A stretch of DNA of 41,568 bases from a virus (Duplodnaviria; Caudoviricetes): IMG/VR virus record IMGVR_UViG_3300025723_000077, positions 1 through 41,568 of that record; one strand, written 5' to 3'. Below the pieces are notes generated by a model. The model ran no database searches and had not been told where the DNA came from. It worked only from the letters and a program-made list of their open reading frames with translations. Below are positions 39,418-41,568 of the stretch, piece after piece. The position numbers and the translations under genes are program-made. Position 1 is the first letter of the stretch. The number at the start of each line of letters is the position of its first letter.

Positions 39418-39861
39418 ATGACATGGCTTTACGAAAACACTCTAGTAGAAACTTTACCCGAAACTTGTGTTGGATTTGTTTATTTGATTACAAATAAAAT
39501 ATCCGGCAGGAAGTATATTGGTAAAAAATTAGCAAAATTTAGTAAAACCACTTATCGTATGGTCAAATTGAAAAACGGTAAGAAGAAACGTAAAAAAATT
39601 AAAGGCAAAATTGATTCAGATTGGATGACCTACTATGGCTCTAGTCCAGAATTAACTAAAGATGTAGTAGCACTAGGAGTGGATAATTTTACAAGAGAGA
39701 TATTGTATTATTGTTCTAGTAAATCTGAATGTAGCTACATCGAAGCAAGAGAACAATTTAGACACAAAGTCTTAGAATCTGACGATTATTATAACGGACA
39801 CATCCAAGTCCGTGTCCATGGCTCCCACATTAAGAACAAATTGACACCAAGTCACAGTTAA
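39418..39861 (+). CDS. Minimal GIY-YIG nuclease-family protein (147 aa)
   Basis: GFVYLITN..SGRKYIGKK, YYGSS, FTREIL, conserved E (YIEAREQ) and YYN; basic insert KLKNGKKKRKKIKGK. Confidence 0.85.
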   Translation: MTWLYENTLVETLPETCVGFVYLITNKISGRKYIGKKLAKFSKTTYRMVKLKNGKKKRKKIKGKIDSDWMTYYGSSPELTKDVVALGVDNFTREILYYCSSKSECSYIEAREQFRHKVLESDDYYNGHIQVRVHGSHIKNKLTPSHS

Positions 39862-40260
39862 TAGACTAGCACAGGTCAACATCGTGTGCCTATGACAACT
39901 GGATCGCGGATCACAGGGACGGAAGACTCTTCGCTGTAAAGAGCACTCAATCAGTATCCTTAACAGGACCATGATCGGATATGCCTATAACCGGTTTGAT
40001 TGTTTGAAAAGATTTAGGAAAAGGCTAAAAGACGTAGAAGCGATTCTACACGTTTGTTATATGTGTTAGCGTATGTATAACAAGCCGCCGTTGTATAAAG
40101 ACAGAACGAGCAGGTACCGGACAACCGCCTGTGCATACGAAAGTATATAGTTTTAACGCTAAGTGATTGTGCTACTCGGATGATGCTACAATTCTTACTT
40201 TGCCCGTTGTCTGGGCAAAGTGTGACTGATTAATCTGGATGATACTGAAAAACATCAATA
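39861..40260 (+). ncRNA. Candidate large structured non-coding RNA (unclassified)
   Basis: No credible ORF, and about nine adjacent stems. These include GNRA-capped hairpins (GTAGAA-GCGA-TTCTAC, ATAC-GAAA-GTAT) and G-U pairs that favour the + strand. Confidence 0.55.
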
Positions 40261-40262
40261 AT

Positions 40263-40310
40263 AAAAAAATGTTGTGAGCAAAGCGAAACAACAGATCTCG
40301 TTAGAGATCT
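40263..40310 (-). terminator. Double hairpin plus U tract terminating the minus-strand chaperone genes
   Basis: AGATCTC-N4-GAGATCT (40293-40310) at the stop codon, then the TGTTGT/ACAACA stem (40270-40293) followed by T7 on the minus strand. Confidence 0.55.
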
Positions 40311-40528
40311 TAAAAGAATGGAAGTCCTGAATCCTTGGTTGTATCTAAATTCTCTTTGATGATCTTGCTGACTATTTCGCGTTCTTGTTGTCCTAACATC
40401 AAAGCATCTTCATAGCTAAGTCCACCCCTCATGAACCAGGCAAATTTTAGAGCTTCGTGTTTAATGGCTTTTGTTTCGTTATCGAGTTTTGTAAGATACT
40501 CGATAACTTGCTCTCTATCTAATTGCAA
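40310..40528 (-). CDS. Small baseplate-hub/tail assembly chaperone segment (gp51 C-terminal-like), probably made by -1 frameshift from the upstream ORF
   Basis: WFMRGGLSYEDALML...ER; only a TTG start without a clear Shine-Dalgarno; open in the -1 frame back to T TTT TTC. Confidence 0.65.
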   Translation of the reverse strand: MQLDREQVIEYLTKLDNETKAIKHEALKFAWFMRGGLSYEDALMLGQQEREIVSKIIKENLDTTKDSGLPFF

Positions 40529-40533
40529 AAGCC

Positions 40534-41373
40534 TTATGCGAAAAAATTGGCGTAGTCGAATGTTAACGGTACATCGTACTCGTTAGCACATGATGTACAT
40601 GTTGCATGTATTGGTTTAATTGCTGCACTTGAGTTAATATCTGCTAAACGTTTTTGAATTGTGCGTAAGACTTTATAATCAGCCATATTATAAAATTCTT
40701 TAATAAAGTCGGAGTCAGTAACAACGGTACCATCTTCGGTTACAATACTTTGTGTGCTATTAACACTAATTTCTACATTAAGATCAATTAACTTGTTTAG
40801 ATAAGAGTCGCTCTTGACTTTCTTTTCTTCATCAGTAATTGTGCTGTCGGCAATAGTACGCATTAACTGTTGTTCTGTAAACTCAATTTGACTTACACGA
40901 TTAACTTCAAAGTAAGGTTGCGGTCTAAGAGTAATTTTTAAATTATCAATTTCCAATGGGGTAGAATAGTCGGGGCAAATGATAGATCCGGTAATGCCGC
41001 TAAGATCTAGTTGGAAGTTATTTTCTTCTTCGCATTTTGGGCAATTACTGTCGAATTCCATATTGTTACCGTAGCTGGCAATGCGAATGTTTAGTAACAC
41101 ATAGTCTACATCAACGCTAGGCATTTTCCAAGCATCTTTAATGTTTGGCATACAACTTTCAATAACGTCAACAACGCCCTGTCCGTTGAGTAATGCATCT
41201 GGTGTGCGAATAGTAATTTCGTCACGTGCAGTCATTGGGTATACTGGAATCTCCCCGCTAACTGGCAATTCTAATGCGCCTTCGGCCCAAAAACGCCCAT
41301 TACTAGGCAATTTAATGTAAATTGCTGGCTGTCTAAAGTGTTTGGATAGAGGATTTGTTGATTTTTGTTCCAT
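40534..41373 (-). CDS. gp26: Baseplate hub assembly chaperone, gp26/gp51-like
   Basis: NPL..HFRQP..YI.LPS.G, PMTA.DE, DVD..L..IRIASYG, and CPKC and CTSC zinc pairs; ends F..ANFFA. Likely start MEQK at 41373. Confidence 0.75.
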   Translation of the reverse strand: MEQKSTNPLSKHFRQPAIYIKLPSNGRFWAEGALELPVSGEIPVYPMTARDEITIRTPDALLNGQGVVDVIESCMPNIKDAWKMPSVDVDYVLLNIRIASYGNNMEFDSNCPKCEEENNFQLDLSGITGSIICPDYSTPLEIDNLKITLRPQPYFEVNRVSQIEFTEQQLMRTIADSTITDEEKKVKSDSYLNKLIDLNVEISVNSTQSIVTEDGTVVTDSDFIKEFYNMADYKVLRTIQKRLADINSSAAIKPIHATCTSCANEYDVPLTFDYANFFA

Positions 41374-41383
41374 TTTTAATTCC

Positions 41384-41414
41384 CATAAATAATTGATATA
41401 CAAGTATATTTACC
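41384..41414. promoter_or_regulatory. Divergent pair of late-type promoters: CATAAATA (+, 41384-41391) and GGTAAATA (-, 41414-41407)
   Basis: Both lie in the 50-bp gap between divergent structural genes; a 12-bp palindrome TTTACCGGTAAA sits at 41409-41420. Confidence 0.55.
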
Positions 41415-41423
41415 GGTAAAAAT

Positions 41424-41568
41424 ATGGCACTAGATGAAAATCAGATAAATCAAACGGCGCAAGCTACCCAGTCTTCTATGCAAGGTCTTGGGCGTGATGC
41501 TGACTTATTGCAAAAAGTCCTACGTGCTGTCCGTGAAGAATACGACGATCAACCGTCAGTACTTAAAC
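41424..41568 (+). CDS. 5' end of a gene, probably tape measure/baseplate hub protein (partial)
   Basis: ATG at 41424, MALDENQINQTAQATQSSMQGLGRDADLLQK..., open to the window end. Product inferred only from helical composition and position next to the chaperone. Confidence 0.45.
   Translation, partial: MALDENQINQTAQATQSSMQGLGRDADLLQKVLRAVREEYDDQPSVLK

Noticed and set aside
39772-39972. 66-aa minus-strand ORF overlapping the ncRNA candidate
   Set aside because: It is antisense to the GIY-YIG 3' end and has no recognisable motif or Shine-Dalgarno.
40170-40250. Box C/D-like or tandem guide array (ATGATG, CTGA, repeated GGATGAT)
   Set aside because: There are only two imperfect copies with no regular period, which is too little to call an array. 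The repeat is kept only as a note within the ncRNA candidate.
39418-40260. Group I intron harbouring the GIY-YIG ORF (AGACTA at 39863 and AAGTATATAGTT at 40141 resemble R/S elements)
   Set aside because: The upstream radical SAM gene is complete and ends 21 nt before the ORF, leaving no room for a 5' intron core. The downstream gene is convergent, so there is no interrupted exon pair.
1-41568. Alternative genetic code (stop-codon reassignment)
   Set aside because: Core genes are full length under code 11, and TAG, TGA and TAA all terminate genes at expected positions (for example gp6 ends in TAG and gp55 in TGA).
1-41568. CRISPR array, tRNA or rRNA genes
   Set aside because: No regularly spaced repeats or cloverleaf signatures were found by eye, and only one intergenic gap is large enough to hold an array or a large RNA gene.

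Overview
This window is a gene-dense, AT-rich segment of a large T4-superfamily-like (jumbo) myovirus genome read with the standard genetic code. From left to right on the minus strand it carries a glycosyltransferase-like cluster behind a near-consensus sigma70 promoter, several paralogous tail-fibre genes, a split glycine-rich fibre module, a 3866-aa baseplate/virion protein, and gp6, gp25, lysozyme-like, gp5, hub, gp53-like and gp48/54-like genes. A plus-strand block follows: gp55 late sigma factor, gp47, an SGNH-like ORF, gp46, two radical SAM genes and a minimal GIY-YIG nuclease. Next come a ~450-nt densely structured non-coding region, a minus-strand gp26-like chaperone pair, and the start of a divergent gene (probably tape measure). 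The five strongest observations are: (1) the candidate large ncRNA directly behind the stand-alone GIY-YIG nuclease; (2) a -1 slippery site joining the gp26-like ORF to the next ORF; (3) a Gly-rich fibre domain split over two genes around Cys-initiated, CFI-box-like domains; (4) a perfect 24-bp palindrome over the -10 box of the glycosyltransferase promoter; (5) a recurrent late-promoter motif. All family calls come from reading motifs by eye; no database searches or folding programs were run.
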